Origin: Candidatus Phycocordibacter aenigmaticus
Lineage (GTDB): Bacteria > Patescibacteriota > Minisyncoccia > Phycocordibacterales > UBA2163
DNA: 41,313 bases
Direction: 5' to 3'
Assembly (NCBI GenBank): GCA_002327585.1
Contig: DCWL01000010.1
Coordinates: forward strand, 21,097-62,409
The notes below the pieces were generated by a model. The model was not told where the DNA came from and made no database searches. It saw only the letters and a list, made by a program, of their open reading frames with translations. The stretch's first letter is position 1. Each line of letters opens with the position of its first letter. Both the position numbers and the translations under genes were made by a program. Positions 29,357 to 38,946 of this stretch are shown piece after piece.

Positions 29357-30907
29357 ATGACTAACACTTTTCAAAGATATACCACTATTGTAGTCATCAT
29401 TATAATTGCCATCGGTGCAGGAATTTATTTTTTAACCAAAGACAATGGTTCATTTATTGATTTTATTATTGCTGAAAAGGGAAATTTAATACAAGAAGTT
29501 AATGTCATAGGGCGAGTAAAGCCGTCAGAAAGCGTTAATCTTGCGTTTGAAGGATCGGGGCACGTGTCAAAGGTAAATGTGTCTATAGGAGACGTTGTAT
29601 ACCAAGGACAGCTTCTTGTACAACTTAAAAACAGGCAAACAAGCGCGGAACTTGCGAAAGCCCAGGCAAATGTGAAGCTTCAAGAGGCAAAACTTCAAGA
29701 GTTAAAACAGGGCTATACTGAAGAAGAAATTGATGTACAAAAAGTCAAAGTGAGTAATGCGCAAGCTCAGCTTATAGAGGCAAAAAGAAATCTTATAGTA
29801 AAAATTAACGATGCTTTTACTAAATCAGATGATGCGGTAAGGAATAATGTCGACCAGTTTATAAACAATCCCAGAAGTTCTGATCCACAAATAGCATTTC
29901 AAATAGCCGATTCAAACTTAGAATCTTCAATTGAAAACAATCGTGTTTCAATCGAGTCCATTCTTGATATCTGGCAAGATTCAGTAGTTATCTTAACTTT
30001 AGAAAGTGATTTTGAAGAAGTTGTAAATAATGCAAAACAAAATCTCAGTGATGTAAAAATATTTTTAAATGATGTATCACTTGCAGTAAATACCTTGACT
30101 GCAAGCACAAATTATTCTCAGGCGACAATTGATGATTACCGCTCTGACATCTCAATCGCACGCACTAATGTAAACACAGCTCTTTCAAATCTCTCAGCAG
30201 CCGAAGAAAAACTTCAAACAGCAGAGTCTTCAGTGATATTAGAAGAGCAGGAACTGTCACTAAAGACTGCGGGTACTCGAATTGAGCAAATTACAGCACA
30301 AGAAGCGAAAGTAGAAGAAGCTAAGGCGACGGTGAGAAGCAAGCAGGCGGAAATTGATAAAACATATCTTTTTGCTCCAATAAACGGTGTTGTAACTCTC
30401 CAAGAGGCAAAGGTTGGAGAGATTATCACTGCACTAGAGACAATAGTTACTCTTATATCAGAGGCAGAATTTGAAATTGAAGCGAAAGTTCCGGAAGCAG
30501 ATATTGCAAAAATAAAGATAGGCGATATGGCGAGAGTGACGCTTGACGCATACGGAAGCGACATTGAGTTTATGGCAAACGTGGTGTCTATTGACCCTGC
30601 AGAAACTATTATAGAAGGTGTTGCAACATACAAGACGGTTCTACTCTTTTCAGAGATGGATAGCAGAATACGCTCTGGCATGACTGCAAATATTGATATT
30701 AAAACAGCAGAAAAGGACAATGTTATTTCTATACCATCGCGTGCAGTAATTACAAAAAATAATAAAAGAATCGTGCGAATATTAGATGAACAAAATAATA
30801 TTGTTGAAATAGAAGTCATTACAGGTCTTCGCAGCTCTGCAGGGTCTATTGAAGTAACTGATGGAATAAAAGAAGGCGACAGGGTGATTATTTTTCTTGA
30901 AGAGTAA
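29357..30907 (+). CDS. HlyD/MacA-family membrane fusion (periplasmic adaptor) protein
   Basis: 516-aa ORF. N-terminal TM, lipoyl-like hairpin (GHVSKVNVSIGDVVYQGQLLVQL), long coiled-coil, beta-barrel C-terminus. Confidence 0.85.
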   Translation: MTNTFQRYTTIVVIIIIAIGAGIYFLTKDNGSFIDFIIAEKGNLIQEVNVIGRVKPSESVNLAFEGSGHVSKVNVSIGDVVYQGQLLVQLKNRQTSAELAKAQANVKLQEAKLQELKQGYTEEEIDVQKVKVSNAQAQLIEAKRNLIVKINDAFTKSDDAVRNNVDQFINNPRSSDPQIAFQIADSNLESSIENNRVSIESILDIWQDSVVILTLESDFEEVVNNAKQNLSDVKIFLNDVSLAVNTLTASTNYSQATIDDYRSDISIARTNVNTALSNLSAAEEKLQTAESSVILEEQELSLKTAGTRIEQITAQEAKVEEAKATVRSKQAEIDKTYLFAPINGVVTLQEAKVGEIITALETIVTLISEAEFEIEAKVPEADIAKIKIGDMARVTLDAYGSDIEFMANVVSIDPAETIIEGVATYKTVLLFSEMDSRIRSGMTANIDIKTAEKDNVISIPSRAVITKNNKRIVRILDEQNNIVEIEVITGLRSSAGSIEVTDGIKEGDRVIIFLEE

Positions 30908-30918
30908 AAAGGAATAAT

Positions 30919-31626
30919 ATGGCGCTTATAGAAGCAAGAAATATAGAAAAAACTTATTCTGACGGTACTCGCGCGCTTGCCGGTGTGTCTTTTGATATAA
31001 AGGCAGGAGAGTTTGTGGCGATAATGGGTCCGTCTGGGTCTGGCAAATCAACATTGCTCCACATACTGGGATTTCTGGACAGGCCGACAAAAGGAAATTA
31101 TCGCTTTGATGACAAAACGATAAATGATCGCTCTGAAGACGAGCTTGCCCATGTCAGAAACAAAAAGATGGGTTTTGTATTTCAGATGTTTAATTTATTG
31201 ACGCGCACAAGTGCACTTGAAAACGTGAAGTTGCCCCTTATTTACTCTGATGTTAAAGAATCTCTTTGGGAGAAGAGTGCAAAAGAAGCAATTGATTCTG
31301 TTGGTTTGTCTCATAGAATTGACTTTGAACCAAACAAACTCTCAGGCGGTGAAAGACAGCGTGTTGCAATAGCTCGCGCATTAGTCAATCGTCCACAGGT
31401 TATTTTTGCAGATGAACCCACGGGGAATTTAGACTCTAAATCAGGAGAAGTTATCATGGGGATTTTACATAAATTGCATCGAGAAGGACATACGATACTT
31501 ATGATTACTCATGAGACCTATACGGCAGAACATGCGAACCGAATCATTAATATTTATGATGGGGCTATTATAAATGACCATAAAGTTACGAGTCAGCACA
31601 AAGCGCACAAGCACCCAATAAAGTAA
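30919..31626 (+). CDS. ABC transporter ATP-binding protein (MacB/LolD type)
   Basis: 235-aa ORF. Walker [18 protein letters not shown], Walker [12 protein letters not shown]. Confidence 0.92.
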   Translation: MALIEARNIEKTYSDGTRALAGVSFDIKAGEFVAIMGPSGSGKSTLLHILGFLDRPTKGNYRFDDKTINDRSEDELAHVRNKKMGFVFQMFNLLTRTSALENVKLPLIYSDVKESLWEKSAKEAIDSVGLSHRIDFEPNKLSGGERQRVAIARALVNRPQVIFADEPTGNLDSKSGEVIMGILHKLHREGHTILMITHETYTAEHANRIINIYDGAIINDHKVTSQHKAHKHPIK

Positions 31627-31633
31627 ATTATAT

Positions 31634-32878
31634 ATGAGTGTTAAGCAAACATTTAAAACATCTCTCATTGGAGTAAAGACAAACAAATCAAGGTCTGCGC
31701 TCACTATACTCGGTATTGTTATAGGCATTACTTCAATCATTTTAATGATGTCGATAGGGCAAGGAGCTGAGAATCTGATACTTGATGAAGTGGCCGGCTT
31801 TGGTGCAGAGATTATCGTTGTACGTCCAGGACAGGAGCCCACAGGGCCTACTGATATTGCAGAGACACTTTTTTCAGACTCTCTAAAGGAGCGTGATATA
31901 GAAATGTTGAAACGCAAGGAAAATGTACCAGACTTAATTGATGTTACCTCAGCAGTTATCGTGACAGGCAGTGTTTCGTTTGAAGGGGAGACATATCGAC
32001 CAACTCTTTTTGGAGGTTCTGTCCGATTTTTTGCGGAGATTTTGAATTTAGAACCTGGTGAAGGGAGGTTTTATACTGAGGATGAAATTAGAACATGGGC
32101 AAATGTAGCCGTGATAGGTACAAAAGTAAGGGAAGAATTGTTCGGCAACGATGAAGCTATTGGCAAGCTTATAAAAATTAAAGACAAAAAATTTAGGGTC
32201 GTTGGAGTATTTGCAAAGAAAGGCCAAACAGCATTTTATAATTTTGACGAATTGGTGATTGTACCTCAAACTACTGCTCAGGTTTATCTAACAGGGACTA
32301 ATCATTATCATGAAGTTTTGATAAAGGTATCAGACCCAAGTGTTGTAAAAAGGGCAGTGCATGATATTGAAGCGACACTGCGTGAGTCGCACGGCATTAC
32401 CGATCCAAAAAAGGATGATTTCTTCGTTGTCACTCAAGAAGGCGTAGTTCAACAAATAAGTACAATAATAGGCGCACTTACTATTTTCCTTTCCTCCATT
32501 GTGGCCATTGCCCTTGTGGTCGCAGGCGTTGGTGTTATGAACATTATGCTTGTCTCTGTTACAGAGCGTACAAGAGAAATCGGTTTGAGAAAAGCCGTAG
32601 GTGCAACCAATAAAGATATCTTAATGCAGTTTCTGTTTGAAGCTGTGATTTTGACAGGTACAGGAGGGATTATCGGTATTGTATTAGGCGGAGCGCTGTC
32701 ATTTATTTTTTCAATTGCGCTTACACAATACGCAGAACTATCTTGGCCCTTCTCTTTCCCAATCTTAGCCGCAGTGCTCGGATTTTTCGTATCAATGCTT
32801 GTCGGATTAATATTTGGCCTCTATCCGGCGCGAAAAGCAGCCAAAAAGAGTCCTATTGAAGCCCTAAGATACGAATAA
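31634..32878 (+). CDS. ABC transporter permease (MacB periplasmic core domain plus FtsX domain)
   Basis: 414-aa ORF. TM1, ~230-aa extracytoplasmic domain, three C-terminal TMs with the motif ERTREIGLRKAVGA. Confidence 0.9.
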   Translation: MSVKQTFKTSLIGVKTNKSRSALTILGIVIGITSIILMMSIGQGAENLILDEVAGFGAEIIVVRPGQEPTGPTDIAETLFSDSLKERDIEMLKRKENVPDLIDVTSAVIVTGSVSFEGETYRPTLFGGSVRFFAEILNLEPGEGRFYTEDEIRTWANVAVIGTKVREELFGNDEAIGKLIKIKDKKFRVVGVFAKKGQTAFYNFDELVIVPQTTAQVYLTGTNHYHEVLIKVSDPSVVKRAVHDIEATLRESHGITDPKKDDFFVVTQEGVVQQISTIIGALTIFLSSIVAIALVVAGVGVMNIMLVSVTERTREIGLRKAVGATNKDILMQFLFEAVILTGTGGIIGIVLGGALSFIFSIALTQYAELSWPFSFPILAAVLGFFVSMLVGLIFGLYPARKAAKKSPIEALRYE

Positions 32879-32900
32879 TAAAAAAAATCTAAAGAATATC

Positions 32901-33227
32901 TTACTCACCAATCTTAACCGCAGTTCCGTAGGCAAGCATTTCAGAAGCGCCTGCCATTACCATTGAAGTTGTAAACCTAACGTTAATAACCGCATCAGCT
33001 TCTAACTCCAGAGCCTCGTTAACCATCCTATTATACGCTTCATCTCTTGCGTTCATGGTCATCTCTGTGTAGGTTTTTACTTCTCCACCTACTATACTTT
33101 TAAATCCTGCCCCAATATCTCTTCCGACATTTCTTGCCCTTACTGTGCTACCTCTAACAACCCCGAGAATTTTAGTAATCTTTTTATTAGGAATTTCGTT
33201 TCCTGTTGTAATAATTATATTTGACAT
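32901..33227 (-). CDS. ybjQ: YbjQ family protein (UPF0145)
   Basis: 108-aa ORF with ILGVVRGSTVRARNVGRDIGAGFKSIVGGE... typical of the family. Confidence 0.85.
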   Translation of the reverse strand: MSNIIITTGNEIPNKKITKILGVVRGSTVRARNVGRDIGAGFKSIVGGEVKTYTEMTMNARDEAYNRMVNEALELEADAVINVRFTTSMVMAGASEMLAYGTAVKIGE

Positions 33228-33228
33228 T

Positions 33229-33423
33229 TTATTTTTTATTTATTTTTTCAATACGGTCTTCTTTTTTGTTTAAAAAAATAAAAAGACCTACAATGATAAA
33301 AAACCCCCCCCAGATAAGACCCAACCACCACTCTTCGGATAGATCTGAAAGAGTACCATAGATTATATATAAGCCCAAAGTTATTGTAACGATTCCTGTC
33401 ACTGTTCTGCTTATAGTGTTCAT
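33229..33423 (-). CDS. small two-TM membrane protein (hypothetical)
   Basis: 64-aa ORF with two hydrophobic helices. Its stop lies 1 nt before the ybjQ start. Confidence 0.55.
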   Translation of the reverse strand: MNTISRTVTGIVTITLGLYIIYGTLSDLSEEWWLGLIWGGFFIIVGLFIFLNKKEDRIEKINKK

Positions 33424-33558
33424 AATAGTATTGTAGCATAAAATTTCAGTGCTCTAAATAATCGCAATTTTCTTGATACCAGAGAAAATGGACAAAGTTA
33501 TTGATTATTAATAACAATATAAATCTCCCAGCCCTACACACCGCACTTTAGGGCGAGA

Positions 33559-33586
33559 TTGACAAAGTGCGACTTTGTGATATACT
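33559..33586 (+). promoter_or_regulatory. sigma70-type promoter with an operator-like palindrome in the spacer
   Basis: TTGACA (33559-33564), 16-nt spacer, TATACT (33581-33586). The spacer holds ACAAAGT-GCG-ACTTTGT. An upstream CGCACTTT pairs with AAAGTGCG. Confidence 0.55.
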
Positions 33587-33640
33587 TTTTATGGATTTAA
33601 AAACGCTATATTTCTTTATTTTTTGAAAAGGGGAAAGACA

Positions 33641-33829
33641 ATGTCTGTTTTTAATATAACTGTTGAATATCGGCATGGGCCACCTAATCTAAGCGAAGAC
33701 GCAAAGATTTTTGAGATGCAAGTGGATGACTCAATTACTCTCGGAGACCTTATGAGTGAAGCGGGTAAAAAAGCTCGAGAAAATTGTAAAGGAAGGTTTG
33801 AAGATTTTAAAATTGTAAAAATTCTATAG
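33641..33829 (+). CDS. hypothetical 62-aa protein
   Basis: ATG at 33641 is preceded by the purine-rich SD-like AAAGGGGAAAG. Has its own promoter and terminator. Confidence 0.55.
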   Translation: MSVFNITVEYRHGPPNLSEDAKIFEMQVDDSITLGDLMSEAGKKARENCKGRFEDFKIVKIL

Positions 33830-33850
33830 ACCATAATCTTAGTAAAAAAA

Positions 33851-33890
33851 GTCGTTCGTATTTTTTGTATTTACGAACGGCTTCTTTTTT
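33851..33890 (+). terminator. Rho-independent terminator after the 62-aa gene
   Basis: Stem CGTTCGTA (33853-33860) / TACGAACG (33872-33879), followed by CTTCTTTTTT. Confidence 0.65.
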
Positions 33891-33971
33891 ATGTTCTTTT
33901 GTATAAGCACCCAAGCAATTGTGTGTTTTTTCTTTTCTTGTAAATATAAAAAATTTGGTATAATGTAAGTA

Positions 33972-36716
33972 ATGGAAAATCCAGCATCTTCAGAAAATAT
34001 TAGGAAATTCAGCACTCCGGATGAGGAGCTGGAGTTTCTACGTGAAAAAGTTGCCAAGCATGAACAGGAGTCTGGCAATATAGAACAAGTTCCAAAAGAA
34101 GAGAATATAAGCCACCAAATCCACGAATATAAAAAAGAAAAACCTGAAGCGGTTTTAGAAGAAAAATATAAATTACCGGAAAAGCAAAAAGATGAAATTG
34201 TCTTGAAAATCTCTCCGGAAGAGCATGACGATAAGATGGCGGAGCTTCTCGGAATCTTGCAGGAGAAAGGGATTAAAAACGCTTTGTCTATTGTTGCGAA
34301 AATGCACGACGCACACATTGAAGACGATTTCCACCGTTTTATTGTTGAATATATAAAGGAAGGGTTTGACACCCCGGGCGTAAAAGAGAAAAGCTTACTA
34401 TGGAAACAGCTTCATATGACGCTATTTGAGATAGCTCTTCCATCTGAAAGTGAAGACGACAATGAAAAACCTCTAAAAGAACTCATCTCCTCAATGGAGC
34501 AGTTCTACGCAGGAATGCTTGCGATTTCCGGCAAAAAGAAAGTGCAAAAAAATCATTTGGCTCTTGAGATTGCCGTCTCAGGAGCAAGTGAAGAAGCGAT
34601 ATTTTATGTAGCCGTGCCTGATGAGAGAAAAGAACTCTTTGAAAAGCAGGTCCTCTCAATTTTTCCTCAAGCGAAAGTCATTGAAAACAAAGACGACTAT
34701 AATATTTTTAACAAGCAAGGCGCTTCAGTCGGAGCGTACGGAAAATTTACTCGAAACAAAATTTTCCCACTTAAAACATATGATACATTTGACTATGACC
34801 CGCTTAATATTTTACTCTCATCATTTTCAAAACTTGAAAAAGAGGGTGAGGGCGCGGCTGTCCAGCTCATATTCAACCCAGCTGGCGACAGTTACAATAA
34901 AAAATACAAATCTGCATTGGATAAAATCCAAAAAGGCACTTCTGTCGGCAAGGCCATTGATATGCCCGAGAGTATTACAGGTTCAGTATTTAAAGAAGTC
35001 AAAGAGGTTTTTGGAGACAGTTTATCGAAGAAAAAGGATGAAAAAGATACACCGCCGATAGTTGATCAAATTGTCGTTGACCAGATTACAAATAAAATTT
35101 CAAGCCCTATTGCGACAGTCAATCTCCGCATAATCGCTTCAGCAGGAACGCAGGAAAGGGCGGAAAAAATACTCTCTGACATTGAAGCTGTCTTTAATCA
35201 ATTTGAAGAAGCTCAAGGAAATTCTCTTTCTTTCAAACATCTGAAGAAGGGTTCTTTAAGAACTCTCTTTCGAGATTTCTCATACAGGAGATTTACAGAT
35301 GACCAAATGATGCCATTTAACCTCAAGGAAATCACCACACTTTATCATTTCCCTTCATCTGGCATCATCTCATCGCGCGAGCTCAAACAGTCAAAAGCAG
35401 GCACCGCACCAGCACCTCTCAATATGCCAGAGGACGGTATATTACTTGGGATTAACAAATACAGGAATTCTGAAACAGAAGTCCATATCACTCGTGACGA
35501 CCGTCTGCGACACCTCTACATAGTAGGTCAAACGGGCACAGGAAAATCCGTTTTGCTTAAAAACATGGCAGTGCAAGATATTGTAAACGGTGACGGGGTA
35601 TGCGTGATTGACCCGCACGGCGTTGATATCGATGACATACTTGGAGCAGTGCCAAAGGCACGCAAAAAAGATGTAATTTATTTTGACCCCGGATATACAC
35701 AAAGACCGATGGCTCTTAATATGCTTGAATATGATGAAAAATATCCGGAACAAAAGACATTTGTTGTAAATGAAATGCTGTCAATATTTAATAAGCTCTT
35801 TGATATGCCGACGGTCGGTGGCCCGATGTTTGAGCAATACTTCAGAAATGCAACAATGCTTGTGATTGAGGATCCAGCAAGCGGCAACACACTTCTTGAT
35901 GTGTCCCGTGTGCTTGCGGATGAGGAGTTTAGAAAAATGAAGCTCTCAAAATGCAATAATCCGATAGTCGTGCGGTTCTGGACAGAAATTGCAGAGAAAG
36001 CGGGCGGTGAGTCAGCTCTTGCAAACATCGTGCCATATATTACTAGCAAGTTTGATATATTCTTGACGAATGACATAATGCGTCCGATTATCGCGCAGAG
36101 CAAATCGTCTTTCGATTTCAGACAAATAATGGATGAGAAGAAAATCTTGCTTGTTAACTTGGCAAAAGGGCGTCTCGGTGACATCAATGCGAACCTCATT
36201 GGGCTAATACTTGTCGGTAAAATTCTTATGGCGGCACTTTCACGTGTTGATAATGTACAAAATGGTTCTCCCGATTTTTATCTTTATCTTGACGAATTCC
36301 AAAACATTACTACTGATTCGATTTCCACGATTCTCTCGGAAGCAAGAAAATACAAGCTTAGCCTCTCAATTGCTCACCAATTCATAGCTCAGCTTGATGA
36401 TAAGATAAAGGATGCTGTATTTGGCAATGTTGGCTCAATATGCTCTTTTAGAGTTGGTGTAGATGACGCTGAATACCTTAAAAATCAGTTTGAGCCAGTA
36501 TTTACCGCAAAAGACCTTATTAATATAGACAATAGAAAGGCATATCTAAAAATGCTTGTTGACGGAAGACCCGAAAAGCCGTTTAATATCGAAACTCTTC
36601 CGCCAACGCAAAAAAATCCTGAAGTTGTAGAAAACCTCAAACAGCTTTCGTACCTCACATATGGTAGGGACAGAAACGAGATTGAGGAGGAGATACGGGA
36701 GAGGGATAATAAGTAA
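33972..36716 (+). CDS. soluble TraD/VirD4/TrwB-like P-loop ATPase (FtsK-HerA superfamily) with ~500-aa N-terminal region of unknown function
   Basis: 914-aa ORF. Walker A GQTGTGKS (from nt 35526), Walker B FYLYLDEFQN (D774-E775 at nt 36291). C-terminal half resembles type IV coupling proteins. No hydrophobic TM segment seen. Confidence 0.8.
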   Translation: MENPASSENIRKFSTPDEELEFLREKVAKHEQESGNIEQVPKEENISHQIHEYKKEKPEAVLEEKYKLPEKQKDEIVLKISPEEHDDKMAELLGILQEKGIKNALSIVAKMHDAHIEDDFHRFIVEYIKEGFDTPGVKEKSLLWKQLHMTLFEIALPSESEDDNEKPLKELISSMEQFYAGMLAISGKKKVQKNHLALEIAVSGASEEAIFYVAVPDERKELFEKQVLSIFPQAKVIENKDDYNIFNKQGASVGAYGKFTRNKIFPLKTYDTFDYDPLNILLSSFSKLEKEGEGAAVQLIFNPAGDSYNKKYKSALDKIQKGTSVGKAIDMPESITGSVFKEVKEVFGDSLSKKKDEKDTPPIVDQIVVDQITNKISSPIATVNLRIIASAGTQERAEKILSDIEAVFNQFEEAQGNSLSFKHLKKGSLRTLFRDFSYRRFTDDQMMPFNLKEITTLYHFPSSGIISSRELKQSKAGTAPAPLNMPEDGILLGINKYRNSETEVHITRDDRLRHLYIVGQTGTGKSVLLKNMAVQDIVNGDGVCVIDPHGVDIDDILGAVPKARKKDVIYFDPGYTQRPMALNMLEYDEKYPEQKTFVVNEMLSIFNKLFDMPTVGGPMFEQYFRNATMLVIEDPASGNTLLDVSRVLADEEFRKMKLSKCNNPIVVRFWTEIAEKAGGESALANIVPYITSKFDIFLTNDIMRPIIAQSKSSFDFRQIMDEKKILLVNLAKGRLGDINANLIGLILVGKILMAALSRVDNVQNGSPDFYLYLDEFQNITTDSISTILSEARKYKLSLSIAHQFIAQLDDKIKDAVFGNVGSICSFRVGVDDAEYLKNQFEPVFTAKDLINIDNRKAYLKMLVDGRPEKPFNIETLPPTQKNPEVVENLKQLSYLTYGRDRNEIEEEIRERDNK

Positions 36717-36744
36717 TATTATAAATAACGATAAATATAATTTT

Positions 36745-37356
36745 ATGAGTATAGAAAATCCAAAAAAATCTTCAGGTAGAGTAGAATCATCATTTCTAGC
36801 TAGAAAAATGGCTGAAAAAGAGAAACCTTATAGAGAATCAAAAATGCCCTTTTTAAAGGGTGTAAAAAAAGGTGAAGCAGAAGCTGAAACATTACGTACC
36901 GAATATGAAACAAAGATAAAGGAACTTTATGCAGGATTTGAAAATATAAAAGCAACTATGCAAGAGAAAGAATTAAAAGAATTACAACTTACTCCGATAT
37001 CAGAATTAGAAAGTAAAAGCATGAATATTTTACATGGGGATAAAGCCCGAGTAGAAGATTATCCAGATTATGATGATTTACCAAAAGAAGAACAAGAAAT
37101 GATTGATAATGAAAAATCATACGGCTACGATCGATTATTAATAGATGAAAATTCTATGAACATAGAAAAGATTAGTAGAAACAAAATGAATGTTTTACTC
37201 CCAAACATGGGCAAACCATTTTATCTTACTAATAAAGAAACAATTGCTGTGGACGTTGAAAACGGCAATATGCAGGATTTTTTAATTGTAGGAATAGATA
37301 GTGGTTGGACCACCAAAATATTAGATGAATTTAATGAGGAATTGAAACAGGGTTAA
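36745..37356 (+). CDS. hypothetical protein (ORFan, charged N-terminal half)
   Basis: 203-aa ORF from the ATG at 36745. The track's longer ORF overlaps the preceding gene. No recognisable motif. Confidence 0.6.
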   Translation: MSIENPKKSSGRVESSFLARKMAEKEKPYRESKMPFLKGVKKGEAEAETLRTEYETKIKELYAGFENIKATMQEKELKELQLTPISELESKSMNILHGDKARVEDYPDYDDLPKEEQEMIDNEKSYGYDRLLIDENSMNIEKISRNKMNVLLPNMGKPFYLTNKETIAVDVENGNMQDFLIVGIDSGWTTKILDEFNEELKQG

Positions 37357-37541
37357 TAAAAAGTTGGTTTTACAAGAACCAGCTTGTTAGAAGCAATTTG
37401 TCCACTGTTCTTTACTTATTGTATTTTTTTATAAACTTGTGGATATCATTCCACATGTTCTTGTAATACGCATCTAATTTATATAAGAATACTATCTAAC
37501 CACACTTGATAACAGGGTTGCCAAGTTTGACTCTATGAAAA

Positions 37542-38333
37542 TCAGTTTTTTAAAATTGTTATCCAATTTTCTTTCACTGATTGTGGTACATTTGAAGGCA
37601 ATTTTTGCAATTGTTCTATCGCTTGCTTGCCGAATTCTTTGAAGAGTTTGTTTTCAAATTTGCCGCTTCCAAAGTTTTTTAACGCTTCGTACAATTCCCT
37701 AGAGGAAAGCGATAAGATAAAAATATTAACCCCTTTTATTTCTTTCAAAACAGGCTTATCGTCCTCAAATGTTATGCCGTATTTTAGTTTTGCTCCGCCT
37801 TTTTCATTTATTTCTTTTATTTTTTCTTCTTTTTCTTTATATCTCTTACTGTTTTTATCGTTCGCTATTGCGTCAAGTGCACAGATTATGTCTCCTGTAT
37901 TTTTGTTTATTATTATATTGTCAATACTATTTTTATAATCATCATAATCAGACGCACGTATGGCGATTATGTTGGGAGTTTCAAAATTTCTGTTTAAAAT
38001 TACAGTTTTTAACTGTTCAAATCTTTCACCATTTCTTTTATCTTTTGATTTTTTCCACTGCTCAACCGTTAAACCCTCTATTCTGGCGAACTCTTTTTCC
38101 GCCTTTTCAATGTATTTATAATCCTTTTCTAACTTCTCTGGAGCATACTTATCTTTATACGCTTTCATATTTATTCCGCATCTATTATCAACTGGAATAT
38201 TTTCTGCATTGAAATCTTCCGAGAGTGTTTCTATCTCGTTTTGTACTTCTTCCGCTTTGCTATCAATAAAATCTTTGTTCTTTTCCAAGAATTGCCTGCT
38301 CTTCGAGAGATTAAATTTTTCAAAATTTGGCAT
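37542..38333 (-). CDS. hypothetical protein (ORFan, K/E-rich)
   Basis: 263-aa ORF convergent with 36745-37356. No recognisable motif. Confidence 0.6.
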   Translation of the reverse strand: MPNFEKFNLSKSRQFLEKNKDFIDSKAEEVQNEIETLSEDFNAENIPVDNRCGINMKAYKDKYAPEKLEKDYKYIEKAEKEFARIEGLTVEQWKKSKDKRNGERFEQLKTVILNRNFETPNIIAIRASDYDDYKNSIDNIIINKNTGDIICALDAIANDKNSKRYKEKEEKIKEINEKGGAKLKYGITFEDDKPVLKEIKGVNIFILSLSSRELYEALKNFGSGKFENKLFKEFGKQAIEQLQKLPSNVPQSVKENWITILKN

Positions 38334-38526
38334 AAATAGTTGCTGTATAGCGATTATTATTATACTCCTTATTATATTACTAAAATCTTTTTTTGGAAGT
38401 CATAAGCACTTACAAATATTATAAGGAAGAAGTTATAAAAATGCCAAGGATAATGTCTCGCTATGTGACTGAAAGATTCTCAGAAAAAAGCAAAAATATT
38501 TAAAAGGAAAAATTTAGAAAATATAT

Positions 38527-38556
38527 CTGTCAAAATCATAAAATTTGAGGTAGTAT
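38527..38556 (+). promoter_or_regulatory. promoter-like 30-mer, copy 1 (TGTCAA-17-TAGTAT)
   Basis: CTGTCAAAATCATAAAATTTGAGGTAGTAT matches 39459-39488 at 26 of 30 positions. The -10 box ends 6 nt before the ATG at 38563. Confidence 0.45.
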
Positions 38557-38562
38557 AAAAAT

Positions 38563-38889
38563 ATGAAAATTGGCATTGTATTGCAATCAAATAAACCAGA
38601 GCATGTCTGGAACACATTTCGTTTCGGCATTACTTCACTGAAAGGAGGTCATGAAGTCACAATTTTCTTAATGAATGAAAGTGCTGAGCTTGATAGCATT
38701 TCAGACACAAAAGATTTCGATATTTCAGAAAAGGTTGCTGAGTATAAAAAGCTGAAAGGAAATCTATATGCCTGTGGCACATGTCTGGAGCTTCGCAAAA
38801 AAAAAGAAGTTGGAGTTTGCCCAATATCTACAATGACTGATTTGCTCAAAATAGTTGAGGAAAGCGATAAGCTCTTGGTATTTGGGTAA
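38563..38889 (+). CDS. DsrE/DsrF-like family protein
   Basis: 108-aa ORF. Pattern MKIGIVL...GHEVTIFLMNE...ACGTCLELR...DKLLVFG typical of small DsrE-family proteins. Confidence 0.75.
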   Translation: MKIGIVLQSNKPEHVWNTFRFGITSLKGGHEVTIFLMNESAELDSISDTKDFDISEKVAEYKKLKGNLYACGTCLELRKKKEVGVCPISTMTDLLKIVEESDKLLVFG

Positions 38890-38946
38890 GAGGCCATACG
38901 ACAGTTTAAGATTTTTATCAGATCTATAAAAAGTTTAGAAATTATA

